A DNA stretch of 64,000 nucleotides, taken from the NCBI RefSeq assembly GCF_006345805.1, contig NC_043008.1, positions 70,928,001 through 70,992,000 of the forward strand. Reading direction: 5' to 3'. A program made the position numbers and the translations under genes. This DNA is from Octopus sinensis. Taxonomy: Eukaryota. The notes below the pieces were generated by a model. It did no database searches. It was not told the origin of the DNA and was given only the letters and a program-made list of their open reading frames with translations. This document shows positions 14,232-28,721 of this stretch, piece after piece. Each line of letters starts with the position of its first letter. Within the stretch, counting starts at the first letter, position 1.

Positions 14232-14331
14232 NNNNNNNNNNNNNNNNNNNNNNNNNNNNNNNNNNNNNNNNNNNNNNNNNNNNNNNNNNNNNNNNNNNNN
14301 NNNNNNNNNNNNNNNNNNNNNNNNNNNNNNN
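14232..14331. other. Assembly gap (100 N)
   Basis: Run of N. Confidence 1.
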
Positions 14332-14672
14332 ATATAATTAACACATATTCACACGCACTTATGTCTATATCTTTGTGTATATATAATATATATGCATATA
14401 TTCATGCATATAAACACACACATATATATATATATATTATATATACATATATAAAATAAAAATCAGTGCGTGACCTGGATAAACATATACCGTTTAAAAT
14501 CCCACCGACACCAATTCAGAGAATTGCCGTAATCATTTACCATCTATTTTGCTAGCACCAAAAGGAGTCAAGTCACTGGATGCTACCAGCGAGTTACCTG
14601 ATGATAAATCTTATTAACAATAACAGCAACTACTCCTAATACTACTACTAGTAATTGTAATTTCAAATTTTT

Positions 14673-14828
14673 AGGAGTGGCTGTGTGGGTAAGTGGCTTG
14701 CTTACCACCCACATGGTTCTGGATTCATTTCCACTGCCTGGCACTTTAAGCAAGTGACTCTTACTATAGGCTCGGGCCGACCAAAGCCTTGTGAGTGGAT
14801 TTGGTAGACAGAAACTGTCGTATATATG

Positions 14829-14869
<41 letters not shown>

Positions 14870-15103
14870 GTATGTGTGTGTATATGTTTATGCGTTTGTG
14901 TTTGTCCCCCCAGCATCGCTTGACAACTGATGGTGGTGTGTTTACGTCACTGTAACTTAGCGGTTCGGCAAAGGAGACTGATAGATTAAGTACTAGGCTT
15001 ACAAAGAATAAGTCCTGGGGGCGATTTGCTCGACTAAAGGCGGTGTTCCAGCATGGCCGCAGTCAAATGACTGAAACAAGTAAACGAGTAAACGAGTAAC
15101 GAG
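14673..15103 (+). mobile_element. tRNA-derived SINE family C with internal (TA)n/(TG)n
   Basis: GGAGTGGCTGTGTGG head, gcaagtg..ggccgaccaaagccttgtgagtggatttggtagac body, ..ccagcatggccgcagtcaaatgactgaaacaagtaa tail. Confidence 0.8.
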
Positions 15104-16187
15104 AGTGTGTATGTCGATGACATCGATCTAGATTCTCAACAGTTCTTATTTTTAAAAACGATAATGACAAATTAAGGAGAGAAGACAATGAAGAAGAAAA
15201 AAGATCATTAAGAGAATTTCTATGTAGCGACAGGCGTAAGAACTAGAAATATCAAAGATGAACACAGCGAGATTTGAACTTAGAATAGAGAAGTGCCATA
15301 AAGTATTGACTGGAGGCATTTGAGGCAACACATTACTCACTATGACACGATATCTGCAACCATTTAGTCTGCCGATTGTATAACAATAACATTAAAATGG
15401 CTATTGTGTCATACCAAAGAAGCAAAATGGCTACTGTGACAAAATATACAGGCAAAGTGTGCAACATCTACGAAACACAAGATATAACCTTGGTGTTTCT
15501 GATCTTTCACACACAACAGAAGATAAGAAGCTTTTACGGTCACTGAACATAATACAACATTATTTATAAAAACAAAAACAGCCTTAATGGCTAGTATATT
15601 ATTGATTCATGTTTGTACGTGTAGCAAAGTTTTTTTTCTCCACCCTCTGTCGTGTTTAACAAGGCAGCGCCATATGTAATTTACAGAATTTTGTTTTCTT
15701 TATGCGAGTCTGTGTATGGTGTTGGGGAGCGGCAGTAACCTATGAATGTTTAATTACAATTTCATCAATAGAGATTATATGATTTTGCACGATTATTTGC
15801 TTTATATATTATTACTGTTTGGTTGGTGATGAGTACCTTAGAGCAATATATAAATCCCCAGACAAATCAAGTAGGACGCCATTGAATTTCCATTCTCAGC
15901 GGAAGCCATTTTTACTCACTTCTGTAGTCGCCATTGCTCTCAGATAATCGTATCAAGGTACAACTTTCACAATGCATGATTCTCTGCAATGATAGGGTTT
16001 CCTACTCAGGCAAAATGATTGCGTATACATGTGCACATATGTGTATATATGTACAATGCACGTATATATACACAGGTCCTTACATATATGCTGGTATATA
16101 TTAAATCAATATGTATACATATGTATATATGTTTCCATATGTGAGTGTAGGAATATGTACACACACAAATGTAGACAATTATGATTG

Positions 16188-16244
<57 letters not shown>

Positions 16245-16377
16245 CATATATATATAAATACATGCACACATATATATGCCTATATTACAATATATACAGA
16301 GATACATACATGTAGTGGGTGTATTGGGGTGTAATATATATATCTAATATATACGTACAGATATATATGTAAATATA

Positions 16378-16558
16378 TCATATATTTACGTCTATATATA
16401 TGTACTGTGGTCCATATATATATAATATACACATGCAGTGCAGATATGTATGTAAATGTATTCATATATTTACGTCTATATATATGTACTGTGGTCCATA
16501 TATATATAATATACACATGCAGTGCAGATATGTATGTAAATGTATTCATATATTTACG
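16378..16558. repeat. 84-bp tandem duplication
   Basis: The tttacg anchor recurs at 16385, 16469 and 16553. Confidence 0.85.
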
Positions 16559-16566
16559 TGTATATG

Positions 16567-16612
<46 letters not shown>

Positions 16613-17234
16613 CCATACATATATATTCATATCTATCTCTCTATTTCTCGGTCTCCCTCTCTAGATATACATGTAAATACACAAACACAAACACACACAC
16701 ACACGCATACACACTCGCACGCAAAAACACACACACGCAGACACCTATATATTCTTCCAATATCGAAACATTAGACGGAGGATTTAAGGATATATCATCC
16801 GCTATATAAATTTTCTTCGATTCTGCGATATTAAAAACGATTTTCACATTTCATATCTATTTTATTTATTAATTCGTGGATATTTTCATAAGCCCATTGA
16901 AAATTAATTCACGCTATATATAACAATAAATCTTTCCTTTATTTCACTCACATATAATCCATGTGACAGTGAGGTATACTGAATACCTGAAGAAACTGTG
17001 AAATCTTCGCAATCATTGGATTATATATATATGTGTATATATATATGGGCATGTATATAAAAATGTGTGTGTGTGTGTGTTTGTGTGTGTGTGATATCCA
17101 TATAGACCATACATTAAATATTTTACAGTACTTTATTACATAAACATTTTTGTTTATACTGAAATATATATTTCCTCGTTATTACTGTAAATTGTATTAG
17201 TGTTAATAATAGTACTTTTAGCATCAACAGCAAC

Positions 17235-17275
17235 AATAGTAGTAGTAGTAATAGTAGTAACTGTATTTGTAGTAA

Positions 17276-17345
<70 letters not shown>

Positions 17346-17397
17346 CACAGCAGATGCAATAGCAGCAGATGCAATAGCAGCAGCAGCAGCAGCAGTG

Positions 17398-17455
<58 letters not shown>

Positions 17456-17460
17456 CTGTA
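17235..17460. repeat. (GTA)n/(GCA)n trinucleotide tract
   Basis: Seen directly. Confidence 0.9.
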
Positions 17461-18444
17461 TTTGCAGCATGAGTTGCAGTACTGGTGGTGGTGGTGGCAA
17501 TAGTAGTTGTTGGTATTTCAGCAGCAGCTGTAGCTGCAGTATCATTTCAGACATTTGTAGGAATGGTTGTTGTAATAGTAGTAGTTGAACAGCTCACCTA
17601 GACATACATACATGCATATATATGTATGTGCGTGTATATATATATATAAACACACAGACTAGATTAACGTTTCATTTATGTTACCGTATCAGCTTGGCAA
17701 CGAGGTAGTCAATTGAAATATTCTAAGTTCTCCAGAGATTCCGAAACTATTTACATGTCCCAATGGGTTACCTCCACAGAGACTGCAATTTCTCCAACAA
17801 TTTCAGTTGAAGAATATTTCTGTCACCTTCTTGTGATAGTTGATTGGTCGTATGGAAGCTGTGTAGACTTGGTCTCTTCAAAATATTGAATCATTGCAAT
17901 CCTTTTGTCCAAGCTACTTCATATATATTATTATGTAAACCATGTTTTTTTTCTTTTTTGTGGTTCCTTTCTGTTAAGTTCGGTAAGCAACGATGAAGTG
18001 GAATCGTTTAGATTTTCGATAATGTTGTTAAACAACTATTGTTCTGGTATAATTTAGTTACAGGAGAATTCAGGTGTTTTATTAGCGTTGAACAATATCC
18101 CTGTGCGTTAGGAACACTATACAGTATGTTAATACCCACTGAACAATTTTCATTAAGCTATAAGTTAATCTACTTACAATTTAGCTATGTGTTGATACAT
18201 ATGTACAACCATAAAACACCTATATATTAATATAATTGAACAAATACGTTATATTTATATGATAATATAACAGTACAGCTATACTGTATGTTAAATATCA
18301 GTGCACATCGTAAACGTAGCAATATATTCCCGTTTGTGTACAACTATCTTATATAACATTGTATTAATTTCACTGTTATAACCCTTTCTACTAAGGGGGT
18401 AAAACAAAAGAAAAAGCAGCCTGAATGTTTTTTGTAGAGGAGCT

Positions 18445-18612
18445 AGTGGATGAAGTTGATCCCATGGCTGAACTAGTACTTATTTTAAGTACCCTGAAAA
18501 GGATAACAGAGAAGTCGACCTTGACAGAATTCAAATTCAGTAGGTAAAGACGAACGAAATGTTTCAAAAGCTTCTAACCGGCTGGGCTAACGGTTCTACC
18601 AGTTCGTCGCCT
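18445..18612 (-). mobile_element. SINE family A, decayed
   Basis: gaagtcgaccttgacagaattcaaattcag...gctaacggttctaccagttcgtcgcct. Confidence 0.55.
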
Positions 18613-19251
18613 CTCATTGTGCATTACTAAAATACCTGAATGATTAGATATAATAATATGTAAATATATATGTAAATTTATAAGACATCGTCTCATATTA
18701 TCACTGTATGTTTTTATTATAGCTATATATTGATACATTTGTATATCTACAATATATAAATTCATTATTAATGATAACAGTAGAAGTACAATATATTGCT
18801 TTGAGTTAATATAAATCTACGTCTGCAATATTTACCTCTTTGTGAATTGTAAAAGCTTGACATAGCTATTGTTAGTATAACGACAATTATATTATGTAAA
18901 GTAACGGTTGTATGGTTATATAATTGACACTCCGTCAGTTGATCCAACCAACGGAGGACCCTACTCGTGAAATTAATGTGCAAATGGTTGAGTTCTTCAC
19001 AGACAGGCGTATCAATAATGACGAGTAACAGCGTGAAGATCAGTGAGGTAAGAAACTCGACCTGAGAGACGATAGGCAGTCCACATAAAATCATATCCAC
19101 CACAATAGGGGAGGTAATGAGCACTGTGTTTCAATTGTCTGATATAAATCAGAGGGACGCGTACATATATATAAATACATATATATATGTATATATATAC
19201 ATATATAATATATATCTATATATATTTATATGTATAATTATATATATTATA

Positions 19252-19282
<31 letters not shown>

Positions 19283-19455
19283 ATAATAATATTAGGGAAT
19301 AAATCCAAATTTACAGGGAAAAAATCAGATTTATGATTAAATCGATTTTATAGTAAAATTATTAAAATATTATTCGAGACAAAACCACTATTTTGCAAAA
19401 CAACAAGGAAAGACTAATTAATACATAAAATTTTAATAAATAGTCAAAAAACCCG

Positions 19456-19499
19456 CCAACTACAATCGTTTCTTGTCTTGATCGACAATCTTCAGGTGG
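19456..19499 (-). ncRNA. Minimal type I hammerhead ribozyme (mirror arm; 1-nt insertion in stem I)
   Basis: Reverse complement of the same motif; the 3' stem I strand reads GTTGG. Confidence 0.65.
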
Positions 19500-19529
19500 A
19501 CTCCAATAATTCAGTGAATTATTGGAAGT

Positions 19530-19572
19530 CCACCTGAAGATTGTCGATCAAGACAAGAAACGATTGTAGTGG
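19530..19572 (+). ncRNA. Minimal type I hammerhead ribozyme
   Basis: CCAC-CTGAAGA-TTGTC gatcaa GACAA-GAA-ACGATTGT-A-GTGG: stem I 4 bp, stem II 5 bp, intact core, GUA cleavage triplet (19566-19568). Stem III is self-complementary when G-U pairs are allowed. Confidence 0.8.
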
Positions 19573-19659
19573 CGGTTTTTTTTGACTATTTATTAAAATT
19601 TTATGTATTAATTAGTCTTTCCTTGTTTGTTTTGCAAAATAGTGGTTTTTCTCGAATAA

Positions 19660-19699
<40 letters not shown>

Positions 19700-19900
19700 C
19701 ATATACATACATACTTATACTATAAAATCCGTAACCCGTTGGGTCACCAATAATTTGAGTTACCGAGTAAGCCCGAGTTTCCCAGTAATGAAAGTTTGTT
19801 TCGTGGACTTAATTGTTTTCTTTTCCAGGTTACTTCGCATGCTTTCAACGAATGTAACATCGAAATCACGCGTAAACGGTTCCTCTCCCTAGAAAAGAAG

Positions 19901-20016
19901 AGATTTCGCTGCTATTTCTTGGAACGCCCTGCCACTACGTAATAGGTATTCCGGGTCCTTTATCGCAAATAGCTTTTACGTGGTAGTAGGGTGTGCTAGA
20001 AGTAGCAGCCAAATCT
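19901..20016. mobile_element. Small MITE-like hairpin
   Basis: agatttcgctgctatttc...cactacgtaa pairs with ttacgtggtag...gaagtagcagccaaatct. Confidence 0.5.
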
Positions 20017-20307
20017 TCGGATGTAAGGTACGTTGAATACACTCGAAAGAAACCTATGAAAAAAGCACTGTTTCAGACCGAGGTTACGAACGGGTCTTTT
20101 ACAAAATACTTATCGTATTTTTAAAATCCTTTTCACTTAGAAATATTTTGCCCATCATAATGTGTCTAATAGGAAGGCTAGAATTTTTTCCCTTTTAGGG
20201 TTTTGTTATTTTCGGTGTATTTTCCCATCATGTGTCGGTTTTGCTGTGTAGCATTGAAAGCAAGGAAGCAAGATTGAAGTTTATTTGTAATGTCATATAG
20301 ATATATG

Positions 20308-20351
<44 letters not shown>

Positions 20352-20480
20352 TACTTGATACTTTGATAGGTTTCGGCCATGTCTAACTTAATAGCACCAT
20401 ATATATATATTATATATATTTCGTATTTGGATTTGGTTTGCAAGATTCTTTATGTGAGTTCGTGTATTGAAGCATATACT

Positions 20481-20744
20481 GTTGTGTCTAATGAGACTCG
20501 TTCTCTTTAAATGCCTTATATTTTAACACACTTATCGGTTAAGTTTCCACTCATATACTTATGTATTTTTCTAAAACTTTCGTTGCGTCTTGAATGTTAT
20601 CAATAGTTGAATAGAGTCAACAACTATTGAAATGGTTGCAAGATGAAACGAAAATTTTAGAAAAATAAATAAATAAGTGAAAACTTTACCGCTGAGTGTG
20701 TTAAATTATAAGCCCAAAAGACAATGACTCTCCTCAGCACAAAC
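20481..20744. repeat. Decayed palindromic element (~125-bp arms, loop 20610-20620)
   Basis: tttttctaaaactttcgttgcgtcttg pairs with caagatgaaacgaaaattttagaaaaa; aacacacttatcggttaagtttccact pairs with agtgaaaactttaccgctgagtgtgtt. Confidence 0.65.
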
Positions 20745-20839
20745 AGAATAAATATTAATATGTATGTATATATATATATATATCTATAATATATATATAT
20801 ATATATCTATATATATATATATATATTATATATATATAA

Positions 20840-21047
20840 CTTTATATAAAGCAGCAGAAATATAACAAAATTTGTTACTCGGAGTTTCACGTTTCCTTCG
20901 TCGGACAGTTTTGTTAAACAAACTGTCCGACGAACGGGAACGTAAAACTCCGAGTAAAAGCTTTTGTTATGTTTCTGCTGCTTTTAAATAAAGCATAATA
21001 CTCTACCTCTGATATTTGAGTACTCTTTTTTCCACCTTGTTTCACAT
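20840..21047. mobile_element. Foldback hammerhead-like element, family 2, copy b (decayed palindrome ~20840-20993; extension to 21047)
   Basis: Arms are reverse complements around ~20915. Both arms carry the variant core CCGACGA and stem III ACTCCGAGT. (TA)n lies on both flanks. Confidence 0.75.
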
Positions 21048-21972
21048 ATATATATACATACATACATAGGCCACCAAATGAAGTTATATTGCAAATCAGA
21101 AGTATCATAATCACGCATTAGTAAGAGCATTTATACATACACACACACATCCAAATATAGATATGTTCATACAGACACACTTACGCTCACGCACACACAT
21201 ATGTATATGTGGGAGAGAGCATGTAATCGAAATGAAAATAAAAAGACATCATAATCACAAAGAAAGAAAGAAAAAAAGAGAGAGAAAGAGAGAGAGAAAG
21301 GTAGAACGATCGAGAAAGAAGTTGAATCTATACGTTTGTATGTAAGAACGCGCTTTCATGTTTGTATGAATGTGTGTTTAAGTGTGAGTACCTGTATGCT
21401 TGTGTGTGTGTGTGTGTATGTGTGGTGTGTGCGTGATGGCGTGTGTGTGTTACATATGTATGTACATGTGCAGATAGGATTCAAAGAAAGGAAGACAGTG
21501 ATAAAGACACGACATGAAGAAGGGAGAAGAGCTATGTTAAATTTATCTTGTGAGCTACTTTGAGTTGATATAAATCCGAGGGGAAATAGTTGAGAATTTG
21601 AAAATGTTATGAGGAACTAATAAATGAATTCTATAAATAAAATCGTTTAGTAAGGAGACATTAAATTAGAGAAATAGTGAAGATTGAGGCGAAGCAGTAA
21701 TTATTGAATGCTGGCCATTGTTCGGTTCTGCTGGTCATAGTCGGAAAACCAAGTATAGATTTCGAAACGGAAGCCACAAGATAAATCAGACTGAGCTAGA
21801 TTAACGAAATACCGAGACTGACTGTAAGTGTATGTGTGTATATGTCTACATGTGCGGATCTATATGTACTGACGTAAGAACATATGTGGGTGTATGTACT
21901 CACACGCACCCACACCCATACACGCACACACACTCGCATATATATATGGATATATATCCATATGTATGTATG

Positions 21973-22005
<33 letters not shown>

Positions 22006-22019
22006 TATATTATATATAT

Positions 22020-22081
<62 letters not shown>

Positions 22082-22093
22082 ATATATATATAT

Positions 22094-22124
<31 letters not shown>

Positions 22125-22438
22125 ATATATATATATATATTATAATACATACATATGGATAATAAGATCGATTGACAGTTGGAAATAACTCACTTATTAC
22201 TCACTTATTAGCTTTCGTCCCATATCTGTCGACTTATCTTAACATATATATTTATATATTTTATGAATAAGGTGTGTATATAAAGTGTGCGATATGTGTG
22301 TATGTATATTCATAAAGTGATGCTAGTGTTCAATATACATATGATTCAACATCAAATGTGAGGCGAGTATAGAGCGTAATATAAAATAAATGGAATGATA
22401 AGGAAACAGGAGATACATTATCAAATTCATCAGCTTAC

Positions 22439-22703
22439 TGGCTTATCGCTGTTTCTGCTGTGAGAAGCGATGCATAGGTAGGTGTGTATACATACATACA
22501 TACATACATACATACATACATACATACATACATACATACATACATACATACATACATACATACATACATACGTATATATATACGTATCTACACACGTTAT
22601 ATCATTCTTTATGAGCACGTTGCATCTTTAATACGAGTAATATCACAGAGCAGTTACCTCTCGTCACTATGCAGCATGACCGAGGACGGAATGTGTTCAT
22701 AGA
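22439..22703 (-). other. Two candidate small exons (22703-22658, 46 nt; 22457-22439, 19 nt)
   Basis: tttttcgtcag|...GAG|gtaact and cttctcacag|...CCA|gtaagc. They join in open frame (e.g. YEHIPSSVMLHSDES-RNSDKP). Confidence 0.3.
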
Positions 22704-23156
22704 CTGACGAAAAACCTCGAAAATATTTCTCTCCAGCTTCGGCAAAGAGAAAAAATAGTGAAACGAATACGAAGTAGTACTAATTAACTAGTTAGGTTTT
22801 TAATCACTTTCATCGGGTATATGAACAGCAAGGGCCTAAAATACAATAGTTATATCAGAAAATTGATAAATTTAAACGTAAATTGATACTCTTTCATTCA
22901 GTTTAAATCCATGAGCTTGAAAAATACTACAAAATTGTCAGGTGAGAAACTGCGTAGAAAAGTACAACAGCACAATAGCACGATACATATACAAAACCTA
23001 TACGCGCGCACGTACATGTGTATGCATGTGTATATAAATATTTATGTGTGCATGAATAAAATTGTATGCCCACAATATATATATGTATATATAGGTATAT
23101 TTACGTATATATATTATATATGTACGTGTGTATCCATTCGTGTGTGTGTGAATGTG

Positions 23157-23197
<41 letters not shown>

Positions 23198-23520
23198 TAA
23201 TATATATATATATACGTATAAATTATGCTTTTGTTTTGTACATCAATATCAAAATGGGGACAAATTTTAACCTCAGATCTTGAAATAAGAATACGCGGAG
23301 TTCTTTACTAATTTAAAGAATATTAGCCTTCTGTACTAATAGATAACACAGACGTACATATATGCATATATATTCATATATTCATATATATATATATATA
23401 TATTATATATATGTATGTGTGTGTGTGTGTCTATATCTCTCTATCTCTTTCCCACTCCCTCTGTCTGTCTGTCTGTCTCTCTCACTCTCTCTCACTCTCT
23501 CTCTCTCTCCTCTCTCTATA

Positions 23521-23561
<41 letters not shown>

Positions 23562-24308
23562 TATATAGATAGATAGTAGATAGATAGATAGATAGACAGG
23601 TAGAGGGATAGACAATCATATGCCCCAGTCTATACTAGAAATCAGCTGAATCTAAAACGGAACTTTCTAGTTGGGAACTGAAAGGTATAAAGATCCCGAC
23701 ATAAATCTAGTGCCTAAGATATTCATATATTTAAATCATTATATGAATGCTAGTTATTCGATCATATATTGATAAACATAAGATACAATTAGTCTGTTAG
23801 TTAGTTCATCCAACTAAATAACTTTGTTCTAAGCTATTTAACTGGAGACGCTAATTAGCAATAGGATTCAAAGCTTCAAAATTTGTGAGACAGGTTGAGA
23901 GAGTGGTACATATGGCGAGAGAGAAGATTTTAGTAAGATAGAAAGTGATGATTAATGTTGTTAAATCTTATATGAGAAAGGGCGAGAGGAAGTTTTGGAG
24001 AGAAGGTAATAAGGTGAGAGTGAGAGAGAGAGAGAGAGAGTTAGTGATGGAGAGCTAGAGAGAGAGGGAGACATTAAAAGCGAGAGGGAGAGAAAAGGTG
24101 AGAGAAGGGGAGAAAGAGAGTGTGAGACAGATAACTGCTGAAAAATTGCAAAGAAATAAGAGAGAAATGCCTGGATAGATAATGACAAAGAGCGTACGAA
24201 ATGGATAAATATATAGTCAAAGTAAGAAAGAAAAGAATATATATGTATATATGTGTGTTTGTGTGTGTCTGTGTGTGTATTATTTATCTATATATAGTAT
24301 GTATATAT

Positions 24309-24359
<51 letters not shown>

Positions 24360-24391
24360 ATATATAATTATATATATACACACCCACACAC

Positions 24392-24441
<50 letters not shown>

Positions 24442-24659
24442 TGAGAGATAGATAGATGGATAGTAGATAGATAGATAGATAGATAGTAGATAGATAGATA
24501 TATAGATAGACATAGAGACACACAGACAGAGAAAGACATAGATAAAGCGTAAGAGGGGTGGAACAGTATATTGAATGTTTGAAATGAAAGAGAAAGAAAG
24601 GCAGAGTATGATGAGGTGAGAGGGAGAGAGAGTTAGAGATACAGAAAAAGCAAGAGGGT

Positions 24660-24698
<39 letters not shown>

Positions 24699-25010
24699 TT
24701 GTGAGCGAGTGATGGCATATATTGAGAGAAAAAGATGCAGAGAAATGATGGAGTGGAGAACGATAGAATGTGAACTACTTTAAGAATGGCTGTGTGCTCT
24801 AAATTTAAATTGTCGAAGTAGTTGAGAAGAATGAAAGAACTTTGGCTGTGTTGGGTAGTCAGCTGTACACCTGCCTGTATTGTCTGTCTGGACTACAGAG
24901 AATATTGCACAGGAAATTAACAGCCAATATATATGAGAATTACACTTCCCTCCCACATCGGATATAGTTGCATCTATACATACGTACATACATACATACA
25001 ACATATATAA

Positions 25011-25055
<45 letters not shown>

Positions 25056-25940
25056 GTATGGTGTGTATGTGTGTGTACATATTTATATATGTATATATAT
25101 AAACACACACACATATATATGTATATTGGAATGTGTATATGTTCATACAATTATATTCTACGCTCAAACAGATATATAGCCATACACAATCACACCTTCT
25201 AATTTAAATGCAAACACACACACACGTACACTCACACGTACACAAATACTTACACACAGGTATACACACACATACATGCACATTTATATATAATATACGT
25301 AAATGCTCATCCAAGCCATGTGTATCTATTTATTATATGCATACACACACATATATATCTACCCTTACATATCTCACACGTGTTCACGTATGTATGCACA
25401 TACACGCACACACACGTACACACACGTTTTATGACTTCATTAATGATGTATTTCAATAGCCAGATTTAATTCCATTTATTCATGCTTACGTACATAATCA
25501 CATACATTACTACGTACACAGAAGGATACATTGCATACAATAACCTATTCACACTCACTTACATGCTTATACACACATGCACAATCACGCGCACACGCAT
25601 ATATAGCTATATTTTTTATTCGTTCTGAAAGAAGAACCAATGCATGCATATACACACACATATATATATACCTACAGGCGTACCTCTCAAATACCTACCT
25701 ACCTACCTACCTACCTACTAGCTCCCTCCCTAATAACCTATACCCATGCATACGTACCTGCTTCTCTCTTTGTCTCTCTGTATATATACATATATAAATA
25801 TATATATGTGATAAACACATATACACATACACATGCAAAGCAAATACAAAGTAAAAAAGACAGCAAAAGAGTAAGGGACGTTCATCGGTAATATAATTAA
25901 GTTGATGCCCAAGAGGAAATAAAAAATAGTAAGTAAAAGA

Positions 25941-25975
25941 CTATGACGTTTCGGATATAGTACTTCGTCGGATAG
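25941..25975 (-). ncRNA. Degenerate minimal hammerhead-like motif
   Basis: CTAT-CCGACGA-AGTACTATATCC-GAA-ACGT-C-ATAG: stem I CTAT/ATAG, palindromic ACGT stem III and GUC triplet. Stem II is weak and the core is the U4C variant. Confidence 0.4.
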
Positions 25976-26157
25976 TGGAGGACAGTCCGGGTAAGACTAG
26001 GAAGAAAACTAGCACTGGAAAGTAGATAAAAAGGAAGTGAGCCTGGAAAGAATGCTCATGGATTAGGTTCATATGTCCGAAATTTGACTAACCGGAAGTA
26101 ACGGATGTAGATGTTGTTTTATTGACAGGAGAGTGATGTAGAAGAGCCTAGTGGCGT

Positions 26158-28411
<2,254 letters not shown>

Positions 28412-28511
28412 TACAGTATATAAGTACGTACGTGCGCATATATATATATATGCACACAAACACACATATACACAGCATTACACACACCCATATATATATA
28501 TATTACTATGT

Positions 28512-28689
28512 ATAGATCGTTAGCCACTACACACATTTTTTCTCTCCTTGTTTTTTCTGTGTACCTTTCTGTAGAAGAGCGTAGGCTCGAAACGTAAAAT
28601 ACTTGTTCTATTCCTGAGTGCTATACTAATACATCTGTTCGTTTTGTATACCACCTGTCTTTTTCTTTTGCTTTTTCGAAAACTTTCCG

Positions 28690-28690
<1 letters not shown>
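28512..28690 (+). mobile_element. Family 3 repeat with hammerhead-like motif (28565-28599), (TA)n-flanked
   Basis: CTTT-CTGTAGAA-GAGC gtag GCTC-GAA-ACGT-A-AAA. The 5' core is non-canonical. Homologous to 13350-13547 (-). Confidence 0.5.

Positions 28691-28721
<31 letters not shown>

Larger units (their letters stand above)
19284..19665. mobile_element. Foldback hammerhead element, family 1, copy a (palindrome ~19364-19665, centre 19514; extension 19284-19363)
   Basis: Near-perfect ~150-bp arms separated by one base, (TA)n on both flanks, homologous to 55528-55940. Confidence 0.85.
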
